From an uncultured delta proteobacterium (GTDB lineage: Bacteria; Desulfobacterota; Desulfomonilia; UBA1062), in contig CAWAUM010000013.1 of the NCBI GenBank assembly GCA_963785235.1, forward strand, positions 173,540 to 237,539: a stretch of 64,000 nt of DNA, given 5' to 3'. The notes under the pieces are model-generated. The model was not told where the DNA came from, did not search any database, and saw only the letters and a list, made by a program, of their open reading frames with translations. Within the stretch, counting starts at the first letter, position 1; each line of letters begins with the position of its first letter. The position numbers and the translations under genes are program-made. Below, piece by piece: positions 20,427 through 30,480 of this stretch.

Positions 20427-22007
20427 CTACCGACTCCTGAAGAGGGTCCAGTCGAGTTCCGGCCAGGGGCAGTCAATGTCTTCGATTTGGTGCAGCTGTT
20501 CTTCCGAGAGCCGGGTGTGGTCGGACAGATCCTTTGCAGCCCAGATGAGCTTCAGAAATCGCTGGTGATGGTGATGGAAGCGCTGGTTGGCATATTCCTT
20601 GGCCTGCGTTGTAAACAGGAGGAAGGGCCAGTCGCTGCCCTGCATGAGCAGGAGCTCCCGGGCCAGCTGCCGCAGGATGCGTACTCCTCGCTCGTCTTGT
20701 GGCTTCACCCCGGCTATGACCTGTTCCGCCTCGCGTGAGCTCGAGTTGATCGAGGGCCAGATCCACCCGTGCTCCGGATTCTGCCAGACCGTGAAATCGG
20801 AGTTCAGTCCCCATGTGCTGGGTTGCATGCTGATAAAAGAAAATCCTTCCCGGTGGGTATCGAGATATTGCCCCAGGCTTCTGCAGGAAACCGAGTCTTC
20901 CTTTGCCAGCAGCCGGCAGACCTGCTCAAGCCAGTTAACGCCTTCATGCCACCAGTGACCGAACAACTCGCAATCATATGGGGCAACAATTATGGGCTCT
21001 GCATCGGAAATGTCCGTCTGTTCAAGAAGACTACTGACGAGGCTGGTAAAATGCCGCGCATGGCTTTTTATACGATCACCGGCCATCTTCGGATCATAAA
21101 CCTGCTTATCGGGCTGACCTGTAACCCGCCAGTAATGCAGCCCCGACTCGGAATCCTTTCGGTGGAATTCGAGGTAATACGGATCGCCGGGGTAACCCAG
21201 CTCAGGCGACCAGACCTGTTTTCCCGTTTCCCCATTCCGTCCGAATACCGAAACGCCTGATGCCAGCTTGTAGCCGTTATACGTGGTAGGGGCGGCTTCC
21301 TGATGCCGGTTTTCCAAAAAGGAAGCACCTGTAATGCCGACATTCTCCACGAAGAAATACTCGATTCCTTCGGAGCCTAGCCATTCATCAATGGACTTAC
21401 GCATGCGCTGATCCTTGTGGGACCACACTGCAGGTCTGTAAGCGCATTCAGGCAGCCAGAACCCGCGCGGGGAACGGCCGAAATATTGTTTGTATGTTTC
21501 TACACCTATGTGTATCTGTGCCCATATCATGCTGTCGCATTCCATGAGCGGCAGGAATCCATGGGTGGCTGCCGATGTCAGGACCTCAATAGCTCCCTCG
21601 TCCTGGAGCCATTTCAAGGTGCCCAGGATATCCCGGTAAAAATCATCTGTGTAGGTCTTGTAGTTACCCTCAAAGTGATCCAGCCAATACCTTGCAACCA
21701 GACACATGTCAGGGTCTGCCCGGAAGCGCTCCATGTCGTTACGGGCACGGTTGATCTTGTCTTCCATATAGGCACAGAAACGGTCTTTCATGTACTCATC
21801 ACGGAGCTGCTCCATGAGTATAGGCACAAGGCCGATCATAAGCCTTGGATGTATCCCGTCAAAATGAAGAGAGCGCAGGATCCTTAAAAGCGGGATATAG
21901 GTCTCGTTCATGGCCTCAAAGAGCCACTCCTCACCTGCCGGCCATACCCCAGATTTCCTACAGTAAGGGATGTGGCTGTGCAGCATCATGGCAAAGACAC
22001 CCGGCAT
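20427..22007 (-). CDS. GH57 1,4-alpha-glucan branching enzyme (DUF1957)
   Basis: LHSHIPY, EEWLFEA..ETYIPL, SAATHGFLPL, GFWLPECAY, APYDCELFGHWW, ARELLLMQGSDWPF; AGGAGG RBS. Confidence 0.92.
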   Translation of the reverse strand: MPGVFAMMLHSHIPYCRKSGVWPAGEEWLFEAMNETYIPLLRILRSLHFDGIHPRLMIGLVPILMEQLRDEYMKDRFCAYMEDKINRARNDMERFRADPDMCLVARYWLDHFEGNYKTYTDDFYRDILGTLKWLQDEGAIEVLTSAATHGFLPLMECDSMIWAQIHIGVETYKQYFGRSPRGFWLPECAYRPAVWSHKDQRMRKSIDEWLGSEGIEYFFVENVGITGASFLENRHQEAAPTTYNGYKLASGVSVFGRNGETGKQVWSPELGYPGDPYYLEFHRKDSESGLHYWRVTGQPDKQVYDPKMAGDRIKSHARHFTSLVSSLLEQTDISDAEPIIVAPYDCELFGHWWHEGVNWLEQVCRLLAKEDSVSCRSLGQYLDTHREGFSFISMQPSTWGLNSDFTVWQNPEHGWIWPSINSSSREAEQVIAGVKPQDERGVRILRQLARELLLMQGSDWPFLLFTTQAKEYANQRFHHHHQRFLKLIWAAKDLSDHTRLSEEQLHQIEDIDCPWPELDWTLFRSR

Positions 22008-22095
22008 ATTGCTCCTCCTTAAATTCATATGATGCCTTATAGCCTTCTTGATCAATTCCAGCCAGGATGAATTCTGTTTCAATCATTGCACTAAA

Positions 22096-22202
22096 CCCGG
22101 ATTCTGCGCTTGAAAGTGAGTAAAAAATACCATGATCACAATGAGTTTTATGCTTAAAGATGCAAGAGGCAATTATGGGCACATTCAAAAGCAAAATCCG
22201 GG
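22096..22202. mobile_element. MITE-like element, copy B (107 bp, no internal hairpin)
   Basis: TIR CCCGGATTCTGC/GCAAAATCCGGG; flanks CTAAA/TTAAA; interior ATACCATGATCACAATGAGTTTTATGCTTAA matches copy A. Confidence 0.72.
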
Positions 22203-22458
22203 TTAAATTAAATTTTTAGGTTCCCTGCAAAGCCAAAAAAAATCCCCCTTCCCAAGGGCATGAAGGAAGGAGGAAAATTTAGAGGTTTGATGTTGAGAGA
22301 AAACTCATAATACTAATTGAAAAACCAAAGGCAATAAGGAGGCACCATTTTTTAACTACTTTTACAAACGAACCCTTGATGAATAATAAAGGTTATTGCA
22401 TTTGTTGGTGCAATCGAGATATTTTCAAATATCACCCAGAGAGAAGGCGGGTTATAAT

Positions 22459-23196
22459 TTGTTTTTACTCAAGAAAATAATAAGTGGTTTTCTCATGCCA
22501 CTTTCAATCCTTCTCAGTCTCTTCCTCATGGGACTGATAATGCTTCGGACCAATCGAACCCGGCCTGCAGCAAAGAAGGTCCTCGCTTTTACTTTCTTCC
22601 TCCTCGTGCTTCTCGGTTATGGCGTTCTGTCCTATTGGCCCCTTTATAAGCTGGAGGGTCTCTATCCTCCGATTGATATCAAGTCGGTAAAACCGAACAG
22701 CATCAAATGGGTTGTGGTGCTGGCAGGAAGTCCTGATGAAACAATAGTACGTCTTACCGAAGGTATCCGCATCTACAGATCTCTTCCCGGGACTAAACTC
22801 ATCATGTCCGGGGGTAAAGTGGTCGATGCTGCACCGGAGCCATCGTCATCCAAAATGGCCCGGATTGCAACCGGACTGGGCGTCAACGCTCACGATATTG
22901 TTCAGGAGAATATTTCAAGAGACACCAAAGACGAGGCGAGGATCGTCAGGTCCATGATCCATGAGACACCCTTTGTCCTGGTAACCTCTGCCTATCACAT
23001 GCCTCGGTCCATGGCACTTTTCAAAGCACAAGGCATGCACCCCATACCCGCACCCACAGGGCACCACATACTTCCTCATGAACGCTATCTCAGCCCTTAC
23101 TGGTTTTTCCCGAGCACAAACAATATCATGGAGGCAGAGATTGTCCTTCACGAAGTCCTGGGTATCATCAGTGCCGGGATAATGGCGCAACTGTAG
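22459..23196 (+). CDS. YdcF/ElyC family protein (DUF218)
   Basis: N-terminal TM helices, RLTEGIR, SGG, SRDTKDEA, LVTSAYHMPRS, HEVLG. Confidence 0.88.
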   Translation: MFLLKKIISGFLMPLSILLSLFLMGLIMLRTNRTRPAAKKVLAFTFFLLVLLGYGVLSYWPLYKLEGLYPPIDIKSVKPNSIKWVVVLAGSPDETIVRLTEGIRIYRSLPGTKLIMSGGKVVDAAPEPSSSKMARIATGLGVNAHDIVQENISRDTKDEARIVRSMIHETPFVLVTSAYHMPRSMALFKAQGMHPIPAPTGHHILPHERYLSPYWFFPSTNNIMEAEIVLHEVLGIISAGIMAQL

Positions 23197-23207
23197 GTGA
23201 ACAAATC

Positions 23208-23564
23208 ATGAAGCCGAATCCATGTCTGACCTGTGGTGCATGCTGTGCATTTTTCCGGGCCTCTTTCTACTGGGCCGAGGCGGATGATGCAAACCCAGGG
23301 GGTGTCCCGGTGGATATGACCAGAAAACTCAATGAGTTCCGCAGGTCCATGATCGGCATGGATGGCACGAAACCAAGGTGTATCGCCTTGCAAGGAGAAA
23401 TCGGAAAAGCCGTTTTCTGTTCCATTCATGAAAGGCGCTCATCAGTCTGCCGCGACTTTGAACCGTCATGGGAGAACGGCCTCCATAACGAGAGGTGCGA
23501 CAAGGCCAGACGGGCATGGGGACTTGAACCACTTAATGCACAAGACTGGGATGAGGATACATAG
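23208..23564 (+). CDS. YkgJ family cysteine cluster protein
   Basis: NPCLTCGACCAFFR, RCIALQG, CSIHERRSSVCRDF. Confidence 0.9.
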   Translation: MKPNPCLTCGACCAFFRASFYWAEADDANPGGVPVDMTRKLNEFRRSMIGMDGTKPRCIALQGEIGKAVFCSIHERRSSVCRDFEPSWENGLHNERCDKARRAWGLEPLNAQDWDEDT

Positions 23565-23630
23565 TATCGGATAATGTGTTTTGCTGCAGAAAAAACCGTA
23601 AATACCCTTGTTGGGTTCCTGGAACTGCCT

Positions 23631-24308
23631 CTATTTCAGCGGTGTTTCACCAAAATCTTCAACTGCATAGATATATTTGCTGATATGATTATGAATTTCC
23701 TGCTCAAGCACCATGAATTCTACGCCGACAATCATTTCTTTCCTGCTCTTCTTGATGTTCCGCACAGTACCCAGGACCTCATGGTCACCATGAATCCCAG
23801 GGAATTTGCACATCAATTTGACATCATCATCTATTTGAACAGGGGGCAGCGGCTCCCTTTGTGAAGCCAGTATGTGAAAGCGGCAGCCATTTATGCTGAT
23901 ATCAATTATCGCCCCTTTGATTATCTTGTCTTTGACTTTGATGGTTGCAGGGAAAATACTCTGTGCCCTTTTTTGTGAACGGAGATCGTGGTGTTCTATG
24001 ATCTTCGGATATTCAAGGAAAAGCAGCTTAACAGGCCTGGTAATCATCTCAATCAGCTTTGTCTGGAAACCAAAGACTATCCCCTGATAGATGTATCTGA
24101 CAACAATATCGAACCCGGGAATGAGCTTGTGCTTAACATTGGAAAACTGAGCTGGGATCTTTATGATAAGATACTCATCGATCTCCATCCCCACAAGGAT
24201 GCTCTGGAGCGGGAAAGCAACACCATCCAACTTCAACTGGATAGGAATACCTATTTCCAGACTGATGCGTTTGCCAAATTCAGAAAAGTCGATATCTATT
24301 TCTTTCAT
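23631..24308 (-). CDS. Flagellar-brake-type PilZN/PilZ protein
   Basis: RSQKR (RxxxR) and DISING (DxSxxG) c-di-GMP motifs. Confidence 0.88.
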   Translation of the reverse strand: MKEIDIDFSEFGKRISLEIGIPIQLKLDGVAFPLQSILVGMEIDEYLIIKIPAQFSNVKHKLIPGFDIVVRYIYQGIVFGFQTKLIEMITRPVKLLFLEYPKIIEHHDLRSQKRAQSIFPATIKVKDKIIKGAIIDISINGCRFHILASQREPLPPVQIDDDVKLMCKFPGIHGDHEVLGTVRNIKKSRKEMIVGVEFMVLEQEIHNHISKYIYAVEDFGETPLK

Positions 24309-24387
24309 AGCTATCAACAAATATCGGACAAATGAAATTTTTTCATTATGGATAAATTCAGATTAGAGACAGTTCACTAATTTTTAG

Positions 24388-25338
24388 TCACTGCCCGGCC
24401 TCCGGTCCCAGCAATTTTACGAATGCTTCAAAGATCTCGGTATCGAATCCATGGGATACGTCCTGGTGCATGGCCTGCAAGGCCTCAAAGGGAGCAAAAG
24501 GTTTGCGGTAAGGGCGTTCTGCGGTCAGGGCCTCAAAGGCATCGGCAATACTGCAGATCCTGGCATACAAAGGTATATCATGGCTCCTTTTCTTATGTGG
24601 ATAACCGCTTCCGTCTAAGTGCTCGTGGTGCGAAAGAATTATGTTAATAGCCTCCAGGCTCAATGAACCTGTAGCCATGAACCTTCTATGTCCCCAGATG
24701 GGATGCATGTGGATCAGCTGCCATTCAAAGTCGTCGAGATGACCCGGTTTATTAAGTATCTTCATAGGTATACCGGCCATACCGATATCATGCAGAAAAA
24801 ACCCTGTGCTGATCCTTCTGATCTGTGACCGGTTGAGTTTATCACCCATAAGTTTGAGCAGCAGGGCCGTTGCATAGATGCCCACGCGAAGTGAGTGATG
24901 ATATGTGGAGTTTCCAGAGGTATTCATACGGTGGAGATGCCCGAGCACTTCCTCATCAGAGAGGATAAGTTTCACCTGCTCGCCCGCGTCTTTCCTGACA
25001 TCCATGATACTGCGAGGGATAAAACCATCATATGCATCTTTGATGGACTGCATGGCAATGGAATACATAAGATCAGCCTTCTGTCTCCCATCAAGCCTTG
25101 GGTCTGTAAGCTCATGCTTTATATCCTGTTCAAAGATGCCCCTTGCCAGCTCCCACTCATCTTCCCTCACAAAGAGCCTCGTCTCAGAGCGGCTCATCAT
25201 GCTTAAGTGTATCCTGGTAAGGACTATGCCTTTGGCGGCAAAAAGGCGGTACGTGTCCTGCAATTTCATTAAGATATCAAAATCATACACATGTCCTACA
25301 TGCACCTTGGATATGGGTATTTCCCTGAAGCCCTCCAT
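24388..25338 (-). CDS. HD-GYP domain phosphodiesterase
   Basis: HSLRV, LHDIG, HHEHLDGSGYP, IADAFEALTAERPY. Confidence 0.92.
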   Translation of the reverse strand: MEGFREIPISKVHVGHVYDFDILMKLQDTYRLFAAKGIVLTRIHLSMMSRSETRLFVREDEWELARGIFEQDIKHELTDPRLDGRQKADLMYSIAMQSIKDAYDGFIPRSIMDVRKDAGEQVKLILSDEEVLGHLHRMNTSGNSTYHHSLRVGIYATALLLKLMGDKLNRSQIRRISTGFFLHDIGMAGIPMKILNKPGHLDDFEWQLIHMHPIWGHRRFMATGSLSLEAINIILSHHEHLDGSGYPHKKRSHDIPLYARICSIADAFEALTAERPYRKPFAPFEALQAMHQDVSHGFDTEIFEAFVKLLGPEAGQ

Positions 25339-25473
25339 GGGTTATTGATCGTCAAATCCATTGAAATCTTGAAAGGATGGGCTTAGTTGAAAAGAGAAGA
25401 TATCTTCACTTTTATTGAAGCACAAGCTACAGTGACTCCATAAAAACTCACGCACATTGATAGTGTGATTGGT

Positions 25474-26019
25474 TCAATCCCTTAAGTTTAGTTCCTTAAT
25501 CAACGGCAGCACCTTGTCTTTATCCGAGATCAGCGGTGATTGTGTGGGCCAGGGTATGGCCAGGTCAGGGTCGTCCCAGCGGATTCCACTCTCAGACTGG
25601 GGGGCATACAACGCATCAACCTTATAGAAGACCCTCGTGTCCGGCTCCAGGGTGCAGAAGCCGTGGGCAAACCCCCTGGGGACGAAGAGCATACTGGGTT
25701 TATCTGCAGATAGCTCAAAGGCGGCCCACTTCAGATGAGTAGGTGACCCTTCACACAAGTCCACTATCACGTCATATACTTTCCCGGTGAGCACCCAGAC
25801 GAGTTTTGCCTGGGCATGGGGAGATCTCTGGAAATGAAGCCCCCTGATCACCCCTGCACTTACTGAATGGGAACAATTATCCTGCACAAACTCAAGGTTC
25901 AGCCCTTTGGCGGCAAAGGCGCTGGAGCTGTAGATCTCCAGGAAAGACCCCCTTGGGTCCTGATAAAGGGTCTGTTCTATAATGTATGCCCCATGGAGGG
26001 CGGTCTCTCTCAGCTGCAT
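25474..26019 (-). CDS. rfbC: dTDP-4-dehydrorhamnose 3,5-epimerase
   Basis: DPRGSF, FVQDNCS, IRGLHFQ, GFAHGF, WDDPDLAIPWP. Confidence 0.95.
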   Translation of the reverse strand: MQLRETALHGAYIIEQTLYQDPRGSFLEIYSSSAFAAKGLNLEFVQDNCSHSVSAGVIRGLHFQRSPHAQAKLVWVLTGKVYDVIVDLCEGSPTHLKWAAFELSADKPSMLFVPRGFAHGFCTLEPDTRVFYKVDALYAPQSESGIRWDDPDLAIPWPTQSPLISDKDKVLPLIKELNLRD

Positions 26020-26088
26020 GCACTATTACTCCTTAATACCCTTCTACCTGAAAGACCCCTTTAGAATCAAACGGTATAGTGAAAATTA

Positions 26089-27075
26089 TCATGAATCTCG
26101 TCGTGCAGAATCAAGCTCTCCCCTGATCTTATCTGTCCTGTCATGGTACCGAGGAGAAATATGCATAGGCACCACCTTCTTGGCGCGCAACATCCTTGCT
26201 ATCATACCGGCCTGGGCCGCCGTGAGGTGCCCCTTCTCATATGCCTGATGTTGTCTCTCAGCGAGATAATAAGCCTCGATGAAGAGGATATCCACATCTT
26301 GTCCAAGTTCTCCGATACGCTTCAGATTATCGTCGGAGGCACGGATGTCGGTGATATAGGCCATCTTATAACCCTTTGTGATGATCACCAGTTCGTTGAA
26401 AAGATCATCAACCCTTGCCCTCATGTTGCCTGTTGTGGAAGTTACTTCAATTATATCATCCATGCGGCTTGCCAGGATTGACTCCTTTAAAATACCTATC
26501 CAGGGGCCGACCCTATATCCCAACGCATTGAACCTGGATGACTTGATGTTGAGGTGATACGGTTCCTTCAGGACAAAACCCAGGCAAGGCACATTATGAT
26601 CTAGCACCATGGCATCAATGCTGTAGATGGACTTTGTCAAAATAGCAGCATCCAGTCGTGAGGAGGTAGTAGTCTGGCAGGGCGCGAAGGAGTCGCGAGC
26701 CCGGGCGCAACAGGTGATAACAACATTTTCCCTAACCTCATGGATCACAATCTCCAAAGGATAATCTTCGGTGAGGTTCCAGGTATAGGAGACGAGTTTT
26801 CTGGTCACCTTTTCAACAATGCCTTCGGGACCATATATGTTAAGGGGCCTTTGCCTATGGAGAATAACACGCAGTATCTGGTCAAAACCCATGAAGTGAT
26901 CCATGTGGAGATGACTGATGAAGATTGAATCAAGTGAGAGAATCTCACGGTTGGACAGGCCGGCCATACGGCCGCAGTCAAACAGGAGAGCTGATTTCAG
27001 ATTGAGGATACGGACAAAGACCACCGGATCGAACAAGGGGCCGTTCACAAGCCGTGCGAGGAAAGTCGGCCTCAT
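26089..27075 (-). CDS. Ribonuclease Z-like metallo-beta-lactamase fold hydrolase
   Basis: LVNGPLFDP, SHLHMDHFMG, HLTAAQAG, HISPRY. Confidence 0.85.
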   Translation of the reverse strand: MRPTFLARLVNGPLFDPVVFVRILNLKSALLFDCGRMAGLSNREILSLDSIFISHLHMDHFMGFDQILRVILHRQRPLNIYGPEGIVEKVTRKLVSYTWNLTEDYPLEIVIHEVRENVVITCCARARDSFAPCQTTTSSRLDAAILTKSIYSIDAMVLDHNVPCLGFVLKEPYHLNIKSSRFNALGYRVGPWIGILKESILASRMDDIIEVTSTTGNMRARVDDLFNELVIITKGYKMAYITDIRASDDNLKRIGELGQDVDILFIEAYYLAERQHQAYEKGHLTAAQAGMIARMLRAKKVVPMHISPRYHDRTDKIRGELDSARRDS

Positions 27076-27097
27076 AGAGCACCTTTAATTTACATCC

Positions 27098-27898
27098 TCA
27101 CATCCCCAGCGACTTCAAAAGGCTGTCCACATCGTCCTGGCAAGAGGCAGCCCCCTTGTCCTGACCAGGTATCACGGGGCCATGGGTCTTTGTCCCGTCA
27201 CGAGAGCCTGTCTTGCCCTTGGGGATGCCTGCATTGCGGGTATATCTCCTGATAAGGTCCACAAGCCGCGCCTCCATGTTCTCAACGACCTTGCACACCT
27301 TCTTAACTATCTGGTCCACTAGGTCGGCATGGATCTGGAGTTCGCTGATCCTCATGAGCTCGTTCACCAGATCCTTATTGTGGTCTTTCAGGACTTTGAG
27401 TTTTTTCAGCGCCTCTTTCTTCTCGTCAGCCATGACGGATCTGGCAATGGCATCATAAACGGTATTGTCTGCCAGAGCCTTCTCCTGCCTGGCAAACAGC
27501 AGGTCAAGTGTCTTCTCCGAGGTGTCTTTTACCAGGGTCGAAACATGGGAGAGCTTGCTGGAAAGGCCCTGGACGTCTTCCTCCGTGATGTTCATCAGGA
27601 TTGGTTCCAGGAACTGCTGGATGTCCTTGATGGATTCATGCAGGTCACGGGTGATCTCGCCGATGCCCCGGAAGAGATCATCAGTAGGGATGGTCTTGAG
27701 CTTCTTCATGAGATCGGCTGCACGGGCCAGGTCGGCATTCGTCAGGGACACGATGGCATCTTTCAAGGTGTCCAGAAAGACTACGAGCTGTTCAAATGGC
27801 TCATCCCCCTTTTCCTTAAAATAGGCCTTTAATGCATCAGCCTGCTTGAGAATGACTTCCACATGATGGGTTTTGTCTGAAGATTTTTTTGTGCCCAT
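27098..27898 (-). CDS. CheZ-like phosphatase
   Basis: IGEITRDLHES, DLVDQIVKKV (DxxxQ), C-terminal QDDVDSLLKSLGM. Confidence 0.72.
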   Translation of the reverse strand: MGTKKSSDKTHHVEVILKQADALKAYFKEKGDEPFEQLVVFLDTLKDAIVSLTNADLARAADLMKKLKTIPTDDLFRGIGEITRDLHESIKDIQQFLEPILMNITEEDVQGLSSKLSHVSTLVKDTSEKTLDLLFARQEKALADNTVYDAIARSVMADEKKEALKKLKVLKDHNKDLVNELMRISELQIHADLVDQIVKKVCKVVENMEARLVDLIRRYTRNAGIPKGKTGSRDGTKTHGPVIPGQDKGAASCQDDVDSLLKSLGM

Positions 27899-27914
27899 GG
27901 GATCTCCTGCCCTT

Positions 27915-30005
27915 TCAATCTTTATCCGGTATAGTATTCAGATCCAGCATCCAGGGGGTTTCCTCGCTGTCAGAAGGTGCGCGGTAATCGCCCCTTGGTG
28001 ATAATGAACCGCCCGAACCCACCTTGGGGGCGTTGGGGATGCACGAGCGTTTGTACTGAGAGATCTTGAAAAAGCGGTGGATAAAGACTTCGAGCCAGTG
28101 TTTGATTTCGGCAAGGGTGTACTGGTGCTGCTTGTCTAAGGGTATGTCGGGCCACCTCCCCTTTGTTGCATCGTGCCATGCACAATATGCAAGAAAGGCC
28201 ACCTTGGATGGCAGATAGCCATAGCGGGTGATGTAGTATGTGTTGAAGTCCTGCAGCTCATAAGGACCGATTGTAGCCTCGGTGCTCTGGGCCGGCTCAC
28301 CGTTCGCTGTTCCTGGAATAAGCTCGGGGCTGATCTCGGTTTCCAGGATGCCTTCAAGACAGAGTGATGCCTTGTTCCCTAATATCTTTTCAGAGGCTAC
28401 CCATCGGATTATATATTGAATGAGTGTCTTGGGTACACTCGCGTTTACGCTGTAGTGGGACATATGGTCACCTACACCATAGGTGCACCAGCCGAGTGCC
28501 AACTCGCTCAAGTCACCGGTGCCCACCACCAGGCCGTTATTCATGTTTGCAAGGCGGAAAAGGATGGAGGTCCGCTGACCTGCCTGAATGTTTTCAAAGG
28601 TAATATCGTAGAGCTCTTTCCCTTTTCCATAAGCGTGGCCAATATCCTTCATCATGGCCTTGCAGCTTGGGCGTATGTCGATTTCGGATGCCTGTACACC
28701 CAGTGCCTTCATGAGGGCATTGGCATTGGCATAGGTCTTCTCCGAGGTGGCAAAGCCGGGCATGGTGAAGGCTTTGATGTTTTTGCGTGACAATCCCAGC
28801 ATGTCCACAGTCCGGGCGCATACAATGAGGGCATGGGTTGAGTCGAGTCCGCCTGATACCCCGATGATGAGATTTTTGATCCCTGTGGACTTCATCCTTT
28901 TCGCCAGCCCCTGAACCTGGATGTTGTAAACCTCATAACAGCGCTTCTCCCTGAGCGAGGGGTCTGTCGGGACATACGGAAACCGGGGTATCTCGCGCAT
29001 GGGCATGATCCTGCGGCGAGGCGCTGCAAGGGGGAACCTTATCTTTCTGAAAGTCTTCGTTCCCTGCCGGGCACCGGCATCAGTGAAGCTCGTCATGATC
29101 ATACGGTCCTTGACCAGGCGGTCAAGATCGATATCCGCTGCAATAACCTGGGGGTCCCAGGAGAATCGTACGGATTCGCTCAAAAGGGCGCCGTTCTCAT
29201 AGATGATGGCATGGCCGTCCCATGCAAGGTCCGTGGTTGATTCACCGGGGCCTGCGGCAGTGTAGAGGTATGCTGCTATACACCTTGCAGACTGGTTTGC
29301 GACAAGGTCACGGCGGTATTCATCCTTGCCCGTGGTTATGTTGGATGCCGAGAGATTGGCAATAACCGTCGAGCCTGCCATGGCTGCATGGCTGGAAGGC
29401 GGGATGGGCGTCCAGAGGTCCTCGCAGATTTCCACAAACATGCGCAATCCAGCAATGCCATCGGCCTCGAAGAGCAGATCGGCACCAATGGGAACATCCT
29501 TCTTTCCGCAAAGATCGATGGTGTCCACGCACAGGTCCCTGGCAGGTCTGAAATGGCGCAGCTCATAGAACTCCCTGTAATTCGGCAGATAACTCTTAAC
29601 CGCAACACCTAAGATATCACCTTCACACATGATAACCGCACAGTTGAACAGGGCATCCATCACTTTAAGCGGTGCACCTACAACAATGACCATGCCGAGT
29701 CCTGTGGTTGCCTTCCTGAGATCTTCAAGGGCGGAAATGACACTGTCCTGCAAGGCATCCTGAAAGAACAGATCCTCGCTGGTGTAGCCGGCCAGACTCA
29801 GCTCAGGGAACACCGCAATTACACAATGCTGTTCATGGGCCTTTCGGGCACAATCGAGGATCTTCTGTACATTAAAGCCCGGGTCCGCCACTTTGATCTC
29901 GGGGATGCATGCAGCAGCGCGGATGAAGCCGTGCCGGTACAGGTTCAGAAACTCCTGTGCCTTGTTCGCACCCATTTTCTTCAGGGTTCTCTTAACTTTA
30001 CCCAT
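27915..30005 (-). CDS. nadE: Glutamine-dependent NAD+ synthetase (start uncertain)
   Basis: FPELSLAGY, EICEDLW, GVSGGLDST, ENIQAG, GTGDLSELALGW, SPRGDYRAPSD. Confidence 0.95.
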   Translation of the reverse strand: MGKVKRTLKKMGANKAQEFLNLYRHGFIRAAACIPEIKVADPGFNVQKILDCARKAHEQHCVIAVFPELSLAGYTSEDLFFQDALQDSVISALEDLRKATTGLGMVIVVGAPLKVMDALFNCAVIMCEGDILGVAVKSYLPNYREFYELRHFRPARDLCVDTIDLCGKKDVPIGADLLFEADGIAGLRMFVEICEDLWTPIPPSSHAAMAGSTVIANLSASNITTGKDEYRRDLVANQSARCIAAYLYTAAGPGESTTDLAWDGHAIIYENGALLSESVRFSWDPQVIAADIDLDRLVKDRMIMTSFTDAGARQGTKTFRKIRFPLAAPRRRIMPMREIPRFPYVPTDPSLREKRCYEVYNIQVQGLAKRMKSTGIKNLIIGVSGGLDSTHALIVCARTVDMLGLSRKNIKAFTMPGFATSEKTYANANALMKALGVQASEIDIRPSCKAMMKDIGHAYGKGKELYDITFENIQAGQRTSILFRLANMNNGLVVGTGDLSELALGWCTYGVGDHMSHYSVNASVPKTLIQYIIRWVASEKILGNKASLCLEGILETEISPELIPGTANGEPAQSTEATIGPYELQDFNTYYITRYGYLPSKVAFLAYCAWHDATKGRWPDIPLDKQHQYTLAEIKHWLEVFIHRFFKISQYKRSCIPNAPKVGSGGSLSPRGDYRAPSDSEETPWMLDLNTIPDKD

Positions 30006-30093
30006 AGCCTGCATTATACATCGGAGATTCCAAACAGACAAATGAACATTTCATGCTTGAATTAACACCATATCTTTTGTACTACCTGTTACA

Positions 30094-30471
30094 GGTTGAA
30101 GGAGTGCAGGTAATCGCTGGCGCCTTCCAAGGCGCGAGAGGAAAGTCCGGGCTCCGCAGGGCAAGGGTGGTCGCTAACAACGACCGGGGGTGACCCCAGG
30201 GAAAGTGCAACAGAAAACAAACCGCTGCCCTTAAAAGGCAGTAAGGGTGAAACGGCGAGGTAAGAGCTCACCAGTTCCCCGGGTGACCGGGGAAGCTTGG
30301 CAAACCCCACCCGGAGCAAGGCCAATAGAGGGGCTTTCAAGGGCTGCCCGTCCTGCCCCTGGGTAGGTCGCTTGAGGTAGCAGGCAACTGTTATCCTAGA
30401 TGAATGATTACCACCCGGATCACGGCAACGTGGCCCGGGCTACAAAACCCGGCTTACGCACTGCTTCAGCC
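30094..30471 (+). ncRNA. rnpB: RNase P RNA, class A
   Basis: GAGGAAAGTCCGGGCTCC, AGTGCAACAGAAA, GGTAAGAGCTCACC, CTAGATGAATGA, ACAAAACCCGGCTTA; 5' and 3' ends pair (P1). Confidence 0.97.
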
Positions 30472-30480
30472 TTTTTGATC

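Noticed and set aside
30089-30480. 83-aa ORF and the N-terminal part of ORF 30400
   Set aside because: They overlap RNase P RNA
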